Positions 12,007 through 23,846 of a stretch of 64,000 nt of DNA are shown in pieces (position 1 is the first letter of the stretch; each line of letters opens with the position of its first letter). Position numbers and translations under genes: made by a program. The DNA is from an uncultured Actinomycetota bacterium (GTDB lineage Bacteria; Actinomycetota; Thermoleophilia; RBG-16-64-13), in the NCBI GenBank assembly GCA_963777945.1, contig CAVZSN010000010.1, positions 4,473-68,472 on the forward strand. The letters run 5' to 3'. The notes beneath the pieces are model-generated. The model searched no databases. It was not told the origin of the DNA and worked only from the letters and a program-made list of their open reading frames with translations.

Positions 12007-12396
12007 CCGAGCACGCGGGCGCACACGTGGGGAGTGCTCCCGAGGCCCGCGGCGGGGGCGTCGGCGGTCACCTCAACGTCAGTGACCGCGCCATCGCGGA
12101 CATCGTGGGCTGGACGGTGCTTGAGTGCTACGGCGTGGTCGGCATGGCCTCTCCCAACCTCCGCCAGGGGGTAGCGGCGCTGCTTTCGCTCGACCGTCTG
12201 CACCAGGGCATCAAGGTGCGAGCAGACCGCCGACCAGTTGCGCCTGAAGCTCTACATCATCGTGGAGTACGGCCTCAACGTCGCAGAAGTGGCGGGTAAC
12301 GTCCGGTCGCAGGTGGCCTACAACGTGGAGAAGATGACGGGGAGGCCGGTCACCGGCCTGCACATCTATGTTCAAGGGGTCAGGCTTGGCGAGTAA
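12002..12396 (+). CDS. Asp23/Gls24 family protein (YloU-like; indel)
   Basis: AIADIVGWTVLECYGVVGMA, LYIIVEYGLNVAEVAGNVRSQVAYNVEKMTG, IYVQGVR; usual position between rpmB and DAK2. Confidence 0.88.
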
Positions 12397-14025
12397 TCCG
12401 GAAGGATCGCTTACCGTGGCTCGGGCCCGGCAACTGCTTGCAGGCGGCTTGGCGGCGCTCGAGCGACACAAGCAGGAGATCAACGATCTCAACGTCTATC
12501 CGGTACCCGATGGCGACACCGGTACGAATCTGGCGCTCACCGTCAAGGGCATGGTCGAGTCCGTGGCCCAACTGCCCGAGGACCTCCCCGAGACGCGAGC
12601 TGTGTTCCGCCATATCGCAGGCTGCCCTCATGGGTGCCCGGGGCAACAGCGGGGTCATCCTGTCGCAGATCGTGCGGGGGGCTATGGAAGTCTTCGGCCA
12701 GGAGGGTCCCGCGACCCAAGATGTGCTCGACCCGCGCCCTCAGGCACGCCACCGACACTGCCTACCGGGCCGTCCGGAAGCCCGTCGAAGGCACCATGCT
12801 GACGGTGCTGCGAGAGATGGCCGAGGCTGCCGCGAAGGCGCCTGAAGCCTCCGAGATCGGGCCCTTCGTCCATCAGGTCGTGGCCGCAGGCTGGAAGAGC
12901 GTGGAGAGGACGCCCACCCTGCTGCGGGTACTTGCCGAGGCGGGCGTGGTCGACGCCGGCGGTTACGGTCTGGTCGTCTTGGTGGAGGGAGCGGCCAACG
13001 GAAAGGTGGGAGGAAAGACGGAGATCTCCGCCCATGTCTCACGGCCGGCCGGTGCCGCGGAGAGTGAGTTCGCGGAGGCTGAGGAGGAGAGCGACTTCAC
13101 CTACTGCACGAGCTTCCTGCTCACGGGTAACGGACTCGACCAGGCTTCGCTCGAGGAGACGTTCGGACGACTCGGCGACAGCCTTCTGGTCGTCGGTGAC
13201 GACCGTCAGTTGAAGGTTCACGTTCACACCGATGAACCCGGCTCGGTCCTCAACATCGCAGCCGCAGTGGGCGTGCTCACCGAGATCGAGATAGACAACA
13301 TGCGCGAGCAGAAGGCGGCGCGAGACCGGCGACTTGCGGCAGCCGCGCGCCAGGCCGTCGCCGACGTGGGACAGACTCAAGTGGTCGCGGTGGTCGCCGG
13401 AGAGGGCAACAAGCTGCTCTTCCGCAATCTCGGAGTGGACCTCATCGTCGAGGGCGGGCAGTCCATGAACCCCTCGATCGAGGATCTCATCCGCGCTGTG
13501 GAAAGCGCCGGCGCGCCGTCCGTCTTGATACTGCCGAACAACAGCAACGTCATCATGACCGCCGAGCAGACTGTGGGACTCGCGGAGCGGGAAGTCATCG
13601 TGGTGCCCACTCGCTCGATCCAGGCGGGTCTCAGCGCTGCGGTGGCCTTCGATAAGCGCAGGTCGGGGGCTGAGAACGCGAAGGAGATGCGCGCGGCCGT
13701 CGAGGACGTCGTGACTGCCGAGATCACCCGCGCAGTCCGCGATTCGTCCATAGACGGTGTCCAGATCAGGGCGGCGGATTTCATCGGGCTGATCGACGAC
13801 CGCGTGGTCGTGGCCGCCGGTGAGTTGGATCCGGTGGTCGTTCATGTCGTGGGCAGGCTCCTCGACGGGGACAGGGTCTCCTTACGGCGCTCATCGGCGA
13901 CGATGAGGACGCCGAGCAGGCCGCCGCAGCGCTCGAGAGGCTCGCGTAGCGCGTATCCCTCCGTAGAGATCGATCTGCACCAGGGCGGACAGCCCTTCTA
14001 CCCCGTCCTGCTGTCAGCCGAGTAA
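12386..14025 (+). CDS. fakA: DAK2-domain protein / fatty acid kinase catalytic subunit (indels)
   Basis: INDLNVYPVPDGDTGTNL, GARGNSGVILSQ, KPVEGTMLTV, VVDAGGYG, KVHVHT, GGQSMNPS, GGQPFYPVLLSAE. Confidence 0.92.
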
Positions 14026-14068
14026 GGGCGGACCCAGGCCAAGCGAGCACGAAAGGAGCGGGAGCGAG

Positions 14069-14928
14069 ATGATCGTCGACCGGACGACGACCGCCATCGT
14101 TGTCGATTCCACCGCCGACCTGCCGGAATACCTCGCCGGCGACCCCAACATCAGCATGGTCCCGCTGACCGTGTACTTCGGTGAGGAGGCCTACCTCGAC
14201 TGGGTGGAGCTCAAGCCTGATGTGTTCTACGAGAGACTCGGCGACCAGCCCGGTGCTTCCTCGTACGTCCCAGCCTTCCGCCGGGGCGTTCCTCGAGCGC
14301 TACAGGGCCTTGCGAGAGAGCTACCAGCGCGTCTATTCCGTGCACCTGAGCGGGAAGTTCAGCGGCACCATCGCGAGCGCCGAGGTAGCTCAGAGCCAGA
14401 TCGACGGTATCCGCGTCGTCGACTCGGAGGTCGCCACCGGCGGGGTAGCTCTGCTGGTGGACAGGCTCATGGAACGGCTGGACCGGGGCGTGCCCGAAGA
14501 GGAGTTCGAGGCCTACATCGCCAAGTTCCTGGCCGAGAAGACCTTCTATTTCCTGCCCACCACCCTCGAGTATCTGTACAAGGGTGGGCGGATGGGACGT
14601 GCCTCGCATCTCATGGGCACGCTTCTCAATATCAAGCCGGTATTGAGCATCGATGGAGGGCGTCATCGACGTCTTCAAGAAGGTCCGCGGCGTGACGCAG
14701 GCGCTGGAGGTCATGCGGAGCGGCTTCGTCGAGCGCACACGGCCCGGCATGAAGACGTATGTGAGCCTGTCCCACTCGTACAACGAACCCGTCCTCGACC
14801 AGCTGCGGGAGTTGCTTGAAGCAGTGGAGGACCGGGATGTGCACGTGATCCCCGTCAGCGTCGTGGGCCCGGTGATCGGCACCTACGTGGGCCCGGGCGC
14901 CGTGGCCCTCTGCTTCATCCAGGAGTGA
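14069..14928 (+). CDS. DegV family fatty-acid-binding protein (FakB-like; indels)
   Basis: IVVDSTADLP, PRTSQPS, HLSGKFSGT, LEYLYKGGR, LNIKPVL, GPVIGTYVGPGA. Confidence 0.92.
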
Positions 14929-17123
14929 GCAGAGCGACAAGCGGCTGCCTCCACTACCCGTTGGGGTCGCAGTCGCCGCTTGTCAACGAAGGTCTCCGCC
15001 ACATTCGCACGTCCAAGCGGACGCTGGACCCTGGTCTGCTGCAGAAACCGGTGGCGAGCCTGCGCGGAGTGGGCGGACCACCGAGCGCCGGTTGCATGGA
15101 CTAGGGCATAGAGACCGTCGGTGATCTACTGCTGCACTTACCGTTCCGCCACGAGTCGCCTGTCACGCCTGGCGATGTGGCGGGGTCTGTGCCTCGGGGC
15201 CGAGATGACACTCCGTGCGCGAGTCCTATCGTGCGCTACCCGGGAGACTGCCCGTCGCCGAGTGAAGGTCCTCGAGGCTCTTGTAAGCGACGAGAGCGGC
15301 AGCGTGGTGGCGCTCTGGTACAACCAGTCCTATCTCGAGCCGCCTTTCCGCGAGAGGCCGGAGGTGCTGCTGAAGGGGGTGCTGGTGCGGCAGCGGGGCG
15401 CACCGGTCTTCCTGGTGAAGCGTCACGAGATCCTCGGCGCCTCGGAGGAGAGCAGGCACATCCTCGGGCTGATACCGGTCTATCCCAGCACGGCCGACTT
15501 GAGCGTCCGCACCATCCGCACCTTGCTGCACGAAGCCGCTCCTCTCGCCATCAACCTGCTCGACCCGCTGCCGCGCCGCGATGCTCGCCCGGCGGGGCTA
15601 CCCGGGCAAGGCAGAGGCGGTTCTCACCAGCCACTTCCCGGCCGACCTGGTCGAGGCCGGTAAGGCGCGAGAGCGTCTGGCCTTCGAGGAGTTGCTGTTG
15701 CTTCAACTCGCGCTGCTGCACCGTCGCCGGTCCCAGGATGCTGCAGGAGCGCGCTCGAGCCCCTCGGCCGCCCGGGGACGCTGTCGACGGCGTTCCTGCC
15801 GAGCCTTCCGTTCACGCCCACAGGGGCCCAGTCGCGGGTGATCGCCGAGATCGAGCGCGACCTCCTCAAGCCTGTCGCCGATGCGCAGGTTGCTGCACGG
15901 TGACGTCGGGTTCGGGTAAGACCATGGTCGCGGCATACTGCCTGCTGCGGGCGGTCGAGCAAGGCGGCCAGGGAGCCCTCATGGCGCCCACCGAGGTGCT
16001 GGCCGACCAGCACTTCCTCGGCTTGGCGGAACAGCTTGGCAAGCACGGGGTGCGGGTGCGGCTTCTCAAGGGCAGCCAGACCGCGGCCGAGAGGCGGGCG
16101 GTGCGCAAGGGTCTGCAGGCGGGAGCGATCGACGTGGTCGTGGGGACCCATGCCCTTATCCAGACAGGGCGTGCAGTTTCGCGACCTGCGCTTGGCGGTG
16201 GTCGACGAACAGCACCGCTTCGGTGTGACCCAGCGGGAGGCCATCGTAGCGGCCGGAGGGGAGGGCAACGGCCTCACACGCTTCACATGTCGGCCACCCC
16301 GATCCCCCGCACCCTCAGCCTGACACTCTACGGCGACCTGGATGTCAGTGTTCTGGACGAGATGCCCCCGGGCCGGCTGCCCGTGTCCGACGCGGCTCGT
16401 GCCTCCGGACGCGATTGGGGAGATGTGGGAAGCCCTGCGCGGGCGAGCTCAGGGCGGGACACCAGGCCTACGTCGTCTGCCCGCTGATCGAGGAAAGCGA
16501 GACTCTTGCAGGCTGCCTCGGCGCGTCAGACGTTCGCCGAGCTGGCAGTCGGACGAACTTCGGGGTCTTCGCCTTCGGCTGCTCCACGGCCAGCTGCCTG
16601 CGGCCGAGAAGGCGGCGGCTATGGCTGCTTTCGTCGCGGGCGACGCCGATGTCCTCGTGAGCACGTCGGTGATCGAGGTCGGCGTGGATGTGAGCAACGC
16701 CACCGTCATGGTCATCCTGGGAGGTCGCCGGTTCGGACTCTCGCAACTTGCATCAGCTTGCGGGGCCGCGTGGGCAGAGGAGCCGAGGCGTCCTATTGCT
16801 TCCTGCCGATCGGCGACGAGGACGAGGTGGCGCTCGAGCGTCTGCGTGTCTTCGCCTGCACTGACGATGGCTTCGCCCTCGCCGAGGCGGACCTTCTGGC
16901 GAGGGGCGCGGGGCAGCTCTTCGGGGAGAGGCAGTCAGGACTGGGCGACCTGCGCGTGGCCTCTCTACTGCGCGACCGTGCGATCCTCGAAGAGGCTCGG
17001 GCCGAGGCCGAACGGATCCTGTGCGGGCCCGCCGGCCTGCCCGCGGGAGGCTCGGCGGAAGCCCTCTTGGATGCTGCCCAGGAACGTTTCGGCAGAGACA
17101 TCCCTCGGTTGGAGCGGGTGTGA
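14925..17123 (+). CDS. recG: ATP-dependent DNA helicase RecG (many indels)
   Basis: [92 protein letters not shown]. Confidence 0.94.
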
Positions 17124-17695
17124 GTCGCAACGCCGGCACCGTGCGCATCGTGGCCGGCTCGAGACGGGGACGCCGCCTCCGGGTACCGGAGGCGGGAGCT
17201 GTCCGGCCTACCAGCGAGATGGTGCGCGAAGCGATCTTCGACGCGTCTGGGCCCCATCGGAGGGCTGACCGTCCTCGACCTCTTCGCCGGGTCTGGAGCA
17301 ATGGGACTCGAGGCGCTATCGCGGGGCGCGGCGCGTTGCGTCTTCGTGAAGCAGGACCGGAAGGTCACTGAGGTGCTTCGATCGAATATCGGCCTGCTCG
17401 ACTACGTCCAGGCAAGCCGCGTGATCAGCGCCGACTATCGGGCAGCGCTGCAGGACTCATAGGCCGCGCAGGGGAGAGGTTCGATTTGCTCTTTGTCGAC
17501 CCTCCCTATAGAATGCTGACCGAAGTGGAAGTAACGCTCGAGCCTCTCGTCGTCGTTGGTATGCGACGGGGGCGTGGTGGTTCTCGAGAGTGACAAGGAC
17601 TCGCATCCTACGCTCGGGACCGTTCCGGTGTTCGATCGGGTCTATGGCGACACCCGAGTCACCATGGTGACGCATAAGGAGGATCTATCCGGTGA
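17120..17695 (+). CDS. rsmD: 16S rRNA m2G966 methyltransferase (indels; end approximate)
   Basis: [55 protein letters not shown]. Confidence 0.92.
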
Positions 17696-18183
17696 AGACG
17701 GTGCTCTGCCCCGGCACGTACGATCCGGTGACCATCGGTCATCTCGACATCATCTCGCGGTGCAGCGCCATGTTCGACGAGGTCGTCGTGGCGGTCGTCG
17801 ACGACTCCTATCGGAAGTCAGCGCTCTTCAGTGCCGGTGAGCGGGCGCACTTCTTGCAGGAGTCGACCAAGCATCTGCCGAATGTGAGAATCGCGATCAT
17901 GCGAGGGCTGGTGGTCAAGTTCGCGCGCGAGGTCGGAGCCCGAGTGATGGTGAAGGGGTTGCGTGCCCTGACCGACTTCGAGTACGAGTTCCAGATGGCG
18001 CAGCTCAACCGCAAGTTGGACCCCGAACTCGAGACGATGTACCTTATGGCTTCAGCCGAGTACTCCTTCCTCAGTTCGAGCGGAGTGAAAGAGATCGCCA
18101 AGTACGGCGGGTGTGTGAGCGACCTCGTCCCGAAGATGGTGGAGCGTCGTTTCGCCGAAATGTATGGACGCGTGGAGGACTAA
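17692..18183 (+). CDS. coaD: Pantetheine-phosphate adenylyltransferase
   Basis: PGTYDPVTIGHLDII, KGLRALTDFEYE, SFLSSSGVKEIA; intact ORF. Confidence 0.97.
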   Translation: MKTVLCPGTYDPVTIGHLDIISRCSAMFDEVVVAVVDDSYRKSALFSAGERAHFLQESTKHLPNVRIAIMRGLVVKFAREVGARVMVKGLRALTDFEYEFQMAQLNRKLDPELETMYLMASAEYSFLSSSGVKEIAKYGGCVSDLVPKMVERRFAEMYGRVED

Positions 18184-18186
18184 GGC

Positions 18187-18705
18187 ATGGATGTTCTCGT
18201 TCTGATCGACAAGCTGGACGATCTGGTCCACGGCGCAAGCACTTTCCCGATGACCGACAAGGTCATGATCGATCGGGACGAGATCTACGACCTGCTCGAT
18301 CAGATGCGGGCCACCATCCCCGAAGAGATCAAGCAGGCGCGCTGGATCGTCAAAGAGCGGCAGGAGATGCTCCAGGAGGCCAAGGAGGAATCGGAGCGGA
18401 TCCTTCGCGAGGCGCGGGAGGAAGCGCAGCGGCTCGCGAGCGAGCAGGAGGTGGTCAGACGCGCCCAGCGGCAGGCGGAGGACATCATCCGCGACGCCGA
18501 AGCCCGCGAGCGCGAGATCCGCCTGGGCGCCGAGGACTACGCCGATGAGATCCTCAAGACGCTCGAGACCAACCTGGACAAATTCCTGGCCGCCGTGCAG
18601 CGGGGCCGCGAACGACTGCAGACCGGCGGTCTTCGCGGGAAGGCGAGTGAGCTCGCCGGCAAGCCTCCGGCATTCGCAGTCAGCGATGATCCTGAATCTC
18701 GCTGA
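18187..18705 (+). CDS. Coiled-coil SepIVA/DivIVA-like protein
   Basis: IDKLDDLV...LLDQMRATIPEEIKQARWIVKERQEML...AEDYADEIL; conserved position between coaD and DUF177. Confidence 0.7.
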   Translation: MDVLVLIDKLDDLVHGASTFPMTDKVMIDRDEIYDLLDQMRATIPEEIKQARWIVKERQEMLQEAKEESERILREAREEAQRLASEQEVVRRAQRQAEDIIRDAEAREREIRLGAEDYADEILKTLETNLDKFLAAVQRGRERLQTGGLRGKASELAGKPPAFAVSDDPESR

Positions 18706-19207
18706 TCTTGCCCTCCGTGGTGGCGAGCGGTACGAGCGCACGTACCCGCTCGATCTGGATCCGGTCATGCTCGGGGGAGACGACTATCGCGTTCTTGTGC
18801 CTGACGGGGTGCCGTCGACCGTCGACCGGGTCACCGGGGGATACCTCGTGACGGTCGCTCTCGACGCCAAGCTCTACGGCCCGTGCGCCCGCTGTCTGGG
18901 AGAGGCCGTCCTCGAGCGTCCACGCCGAGCAGCAAGAGTTCGCGCCCACCGCCAAGGACGGATGGGAAGAGACCGAGAGCAGCGAGTTCATCAAGGATCT
19001 GACGGTCGACGTCGCCGGACTTGCGCGCGAGGCCCTCGTCCTCGGGCTTCCCACTCAGGTCGTCTGCGCGCGACAGCTGCAAGGGGCTATGCTCCCGCTG
19101 CGGCAAGGATCTCAACCAGGGCCCTGCGGCGTGTGGCGACGAGCAGGTCGACGAACGCTGGAGCCGGCTCAAGGACGTTGGACCTCGGTGAGGGCGGGAC
19201 CCCTTGA
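18686..19207 (+). CDS. DUF177/YceD family protein (indels)
   Basis: PCARCLG, CKGLCSRCGKDLN, VDERWSRLKD; upstream of rpmF. Confidence 0.85.
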   Translation: MILNLADLALRGGERYERTYPLDLDPVMLGGDDYRVLVPDGVPSTVDRVTGGYLVTVALDAKLYGPCARCLGEAVLERPRRAARVRAHRQGRMGRDREQRVHQGSDGRRRRTCARGPRPRASHSGRLRATAARGYAPAAARISTRALRRVATSRSTNAGAGSRTLDLGEGGTP

Positions 19208-19232
19208 AATATCGAAGCCGATGGGGTACAAA
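19204..19232 (+). promoter_or_regulatory. Putative sigma-A promoter for rpmF
   Basis: TTGAAA-N17-TACAAA in an AT-rich intergenic stretch. Confidence 0.5.
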
Positions 19233-19270
19233 CTCTCGGTTTCCCTATAGGTGAAGAGTGAGGCGATCGA

Positions 19271-19453
19271 ATGGCAGTCCCCAAGAGAAAGACTTCCCGC
19301 GCCCGCAGAGACGCGCGGCGTGTCGACCCATGCCGGCGTCGGCGCCGAGCGTCGAGCGAGTGCCCACAGTGCCACAGCCCCAGGCTGTCCCATCGGGTGT
19401 GCCCCAACTGCGGCATGTACGACGGCCGACAGGTCGTGAAGGTCGAGGAATAG
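19271..19453 (+). CDS. rpmF: 50S ribosomal protein L32
   Basis: MAVPKRKTSRARRDARR...CPQC...HRVCPNCGMYDGRQV. Confidence 0.96.
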   Translation: MAVPKRKTSRARRDARRVDPCRRRRRASSECPQCHSPRLSHRVCPNCGMYDGRQVVKVEE

Positions 19454-19466
19454 GCGCCGCGGCCAC

Positions 19467-19715
19467 ATGCAGGTAGTCGTACAGGAAGGTGAGGCATCGG
19501 TGAGCCTGACCATGACCATTCAGGCTCCGGACGACAGCTCTGCGCACCATCGTCGCTCAATCATCCTTACCGGACCGGTCAAGGTGTTCTACCGCGATTT
19601 CGAGGTCATCCGGGTGGAAGCTCGGGACGGCGCGCTGGAGATATTGCCGACGGCTGTCGCCTCTATCACCTGGCTTCGAAAGGATCGCCGCTACCAGTTG
19701 AAACTCGGCGACTAG
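19467..19715 (+). CDS. Hypothetical protein (82 aa; start may be downstream)
   Basis: Intact ORF filling the gap between rpmF and the EF-G paralog; no recognised family. Confidence 0.5.
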   Translation: MQVVVQEGEASVSLTMTIQAPDDSSAHHRRSIILTGPVKVFYRDFEVIRVEARDGALEILPTAVASITWLRKDRRYQLKLGD

Positions 19716-19774
19716 TGCCGACCGTGCGCTGTCGTCTCGATTCCCTTCGATCTAGTCAGACGCGAGGAGGATCC

Positions 19775-21865
19775 ATGGCGCTCGTAGACCCTGCCAAGAT
19801 CAGGAACGTCGCGGTGGTAGGTCACCGCGGGGCGGGCAAGACTTCGCTGGTGGAGGCTCTGCTGTTCACTACCGGGGCGAAGAACCGCCTCGGTACGGTC
19901 ATGGACGGCACGACCACCATGGATCACGACGAGGACGAGATCAAGCGGCAGATGACCATCTCCGCCGGGCTTGGCCCATGTCGATTGGGCCGGCCATCGG
20001 ATCAACCTCATCGACACGCCCGGCGAGGCCTCGTTCATCAACGAGGCCCTAGGGACGCTTGCCTGTGGTCGAGGGCGTCTTGATGCTGGTGAACGCCGTC
20101 ACTAAGGTTGAGGTTCAGACCGAACGCCTGTGGAAGCGTGCTCGGGACATGGGCGTGTCTCGGGTGGCCGCGGTGAACATGATGGACCGCGAGCGTGCCG
20201 ACTTCACGGATGCGGTCGCGGCACTGCGCGCACGTTTCGGGGACGAGGTGGTGGCCTGTGGCCCTGCCCATCGGCCACGAAGACGGCTTCAAGGGAGTGG
20301 TCGATCTGGTCGCCATGAAGGCGTATACCTACTCGGGAACGACGGGAAAAGCAGCCGAAGGCCCCATCCCGGATGACCTGTCCGACGCCGCGGCCGAGGC
20401 TCGGGAGCGGTTGGTCGATCGGGTCGCCGAAGCCGACGATGCGCTCTCGGAGAAATACCTGGAGGGCGGAGAGCTTACCCAGCAGGAAGTCGGTGCGGCT
20501 CTGAGGGCTGCCGTTGCTGCGGGTTCGGTCTCCCCGGTCGATCCCTGTGGCGGCTACCAAGAACATCGGTTCCGACCGTTTGCTCGAGACTCTTCTGTCC
20601 GTTCCGTCGCCCGTCGAGCGCGGGGCGCGCACGGCGTTCCGGGTCCCCGGCGGCGAAGAAGTCGAGCTCCGCGTGCGATCAGTCGGCTCCCGCCGCGCTG
20701 TTCGTCTTCAAGACCATCTACGACCAGTTCTCAGGACGGGTCAACCTCGCGCGGGTCTTCTCGGGCAAGATCGCCACCGACACGCAGTTGCTCAACGAGC
20801 GCACCGGCGAGAAAGAGCGTACCGGCAACATCCTGCTCATGCAGGGCAAGGAGACGAAGGCCATCGAGGAGGCAGGGGCCGGCGACATCGTGGCCCTGGC
20901 CAAACTCAAGGAGACAGGTACGGGTGACACCCTGTCCGACCCGGCCCAACCGGTGCGGTTCCCTCGTTACGAGTTCCCGCCGGCGGCCATCTCTTTCGCC
21001 ATCTCTCCCAAGACTCGGGGAGACGAGGAGAAGGTCTCCAACGGCCTGCGCCGCCTGGGGGAGGAAGATCCCGGCCATGGAGCTGCGTTTCGACCCGCAG
21101 ACCAAGGAGATGCTCATCTCGGGCACCAGCCAGGTCCACGTCGAGGTGATCCTCGACAAGCTCAAGCGACGGTTCGGCGTAGAGGTCGAACTCCATCCCC
21201 CACAGGTGCCTTACCGCGAGACCATCCGGAAGAAGGCGAACGCTCAGGGTCGACACAAGAAGCAGACCGGCGGACGGGGCCAGTTCGGTGACTGCTGGAT
21301 CGAGGTAGAACCGCAGCCGCGCGGCGGAGGGCTACAAGTTCGAAGATGCCATCTTCGGCGGTTCGATCCCTCGCAACTTCATCCCGGCAGTGGAGAAGGG
21401 CAGTCGTCGAGGCCATGGAGCACGGCGTGATCGCCGGGTATCCCGTAGTCGACGTGAAGGTCAAGCTGTACGACGGCTCCTACCACACGGTCGACTCCTC
21501 GGAACTGGCATTCAAGCTGGCCGGAGGCCTGGCCTGGAACAAGGCCATGGGCGATGCCTCGCCGGTACTTCTCGAGCCCGTCATGAACGTAGAGGTCGAT
21601 CGCGCCCGAGGAGAACATGGGCGACATCATGGGCGACCTGTCCAGCCGACGCGGACGCCCGCAGGGCAGCGAGAGCATGGGCGAGATGCACATCATCAGG
21701 GCCCAGGTGCCCTTGGCGGAGATGCTCACCTATGCTCCGCAACTGCGCTCGATGACGGCGGGACGCGGTTCCTTCACCATCGAGTTCGATCATTACGAAG
21801 AGGTGCCCGCGCATCTGGTCGAGAAGATCGTGGCCGACGTGAAGGCGCGGAAGGCGGCCGAGTAG
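19775..21865 (+). CDS. Elongation factor G paralog (EF-G2/EFG-II type; indels)
   Basis: [87 protein letters not shown]; lies outside the str operon. Confidence 0.92.
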
Positions 21866-21980
21866 CGCGGCTCGCCAGCCGCGGCGGCCTGCGGTCCCGC
21901 CGGCAGGCTTTCTCCAGAGAGGCACTCAGCCAGTCGTCGACGAGCGGCCCTTCGGGGCCGCTCCGCATATGGCGGCTCCG

Positions 21981-22009
21981 CTAAAGGAATCATGCGCTAC
22001 GCCCGATGA
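21981..22009 (+). promoter_or_regulatory. Putative sigma28/WhiG-type promoter
   Basis: C-TAAA-N16-CCCGATGA versus consensus TAAA-N15/16-GCCGATAA; intergenic, upstream of the RpiR gene. Confidence 0.5.
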
Positions 22010-22071
22010 GAGGGCAGGATGATTGCAATTTCTGTTGTACAATTCAGTAGCATGCAACTCTCCGGCGATGT

Positions 22072-22951
22072 TTGGAGTGGAGTTGGACGACGGCGAGGCC
22101 ACGGCGAGTAAGCGATCTGCTGAGGGAAGGTTTTGACGGGTTCTCCCGCTCGCAGAAGGCGGTAGCTCGCTACATCATCGACCACCTCGAAGAGGTCGGG
22201 CTACCTCAGCGCCGAGGAACTCGGGCGCAAGGGCTCCACCTCGAGTTCCACTGTGGTCCGTTTCGCGCAGTCCCTCGGGTTCGCCGGCTATCCCGAGCTA
22301 CAGAAGGCCGCCCGGGACGAATATCGGCTGGGCGCCACGGCGAGACCGGTCGTCCACGACGACCAGCTGGGCTTCTCGATCGAGGAAGATGTCCTCACCC
22401 GCTCGCTCAAGACCGACGCCCTGAGTCTGGAAGAGACGATCAGCAAGAACACCCTGGAGCGTTTCAACCGCGCCGCCCATCTGCTGGCGGAAGCCAGGCA
22501 GGTGCTCGTGGTGGGTCTTCACGAGGCAGCGGTGGTCGCCCAGCACGCGTCGTACGTGTTCGAATTGCTGGGGATCCCCTGCCTCGCGGTCACCGACAGC
22601 ACCGAATCGAATGTGGCCCGTCTCAGCCGGCTGGGCGCCCGGGGATCTTCTGCTCGCCATCGGCTTCCGCAGGGCTCACTCGGTCACCATCTCGTTCGCC
22701 GACAAGGCGTCCGCAGCAGGGGGCGACCGTCGTGGTGATCACCGACAACTCGCTGTCCGAACTGGCCGGCAAGGGCGACCTCACTCTCTACGCCGATATC
22801 GACTCCACCTTCTTCGCCCACTCGCTTGGTGGGTCCCATCAGTCTGGTCAGCGCTCTGGCCGCAGCCATCTACAGCCAGGACCGCGATCTGTACGACTCT
22901 CGGGTGCGAGCGGTGCGCGATCGGGCGGCCGAATCGGGCTGGTTGCGCTAG
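22072..22951 (+). CDS. MurR/RpiR family transcriptional regulator (HTH + SIS; indels)
   Basis: SRSQKAVARYII, SSTVVRFAQSLGFAGYPELQ, VVITDNSLSELA. Confidence 0.9.
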
Positions 22952-22991
22952 CGGCCTCGTCGCTTGCGAGCGCGAGCGCCGTGCGGTCTCG

Positions 22992-23020
22992 TTGAAGGCG
23001 TCCGAGGCCTCGGCTAAACT
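22992..23020 (+). promoter_or_regulatory. Putative sigma-A promoter for yebC-ruvCAB
   Basis: TTGAAG-N17-TAAACT; the spacer contains the palindrome CCGAGGCCTCGG. Confidence 0.55.
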
Positions 23021-23076
23021 CAGCAGCATGCGAAAGTAGCGACGACGAGCGCGGGCTCGAGCGGAGGTCTATAACG

Positions 23077-23830
23077 ATGTCGGGACATTCAAAGTGGGCG
23101 GGTATCAAGCACAAGAAGGCGCTTGTCGACGCCAAACGAGGCAAGCTCTTCGGCAAGCTGGCGCGGGCCATCACGGTCGCCGCGCGCGAGGGCGGAGGCG
23201 ATCCCGACCACAACGCGGCGCTGGCGCAGGCCATCGTGAAGGCGAAAGACGCCAACATGCCACACGACAACATCGACCGCGCCGTCAAGAAGGGCAGCGG
23301 CGCCGGCGCCGACGCCGAGACCTACCAGCATCTCACGTACGAGGGCTACGGCCCCAACGGGGTGGCCGTCTACCTCACCGCCCTCACCGACAACAAGAAC
23401 CGCACGGCCGCCGACATCCGCTACATCTTCGATCGCAGCGGGGGCAAGCTGGGCACCGACGGCTCGGTCAGCTGGATGTTCGAGCGCAAAGGGGTCATCT
23501 TCGTCGACGCTGCCGGCAAAGACGAGGACGAGGTGATGATGGCGGCCATCGAGGCCGGCGCCGAGGATGTGATCCCCGAAGGCGATGTCTACGAGATCCG
23601 TTGCGACGCCGCCGACTTCATGACCGTCCGCCAGGGCCTGGAGCAGGCCGGCATCAACGTACGCCTCGGCCGAGCTCACCATGATCCCCAAGAACACGGT
23701 GGCGCTGGACGAGAGCGACGCCCGCAAGACCCTTCGTCTCCTCGACGCCCTCGAAGACAACGACGACGTCCAAGAGGTCTACGCCAACTTCGATGTCCCC
23801 GACGAAGTCATGGAAGCCCTGGCCGGGTGA
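23077..23830 (+). CDS. yebC: YebC/PmpR family protein (one indel)
   Basis: [45 protein letters not shown]. Confidence 0.96.
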
Positions 23831-23846
23831 GGGTGGCGCTGCCCGC

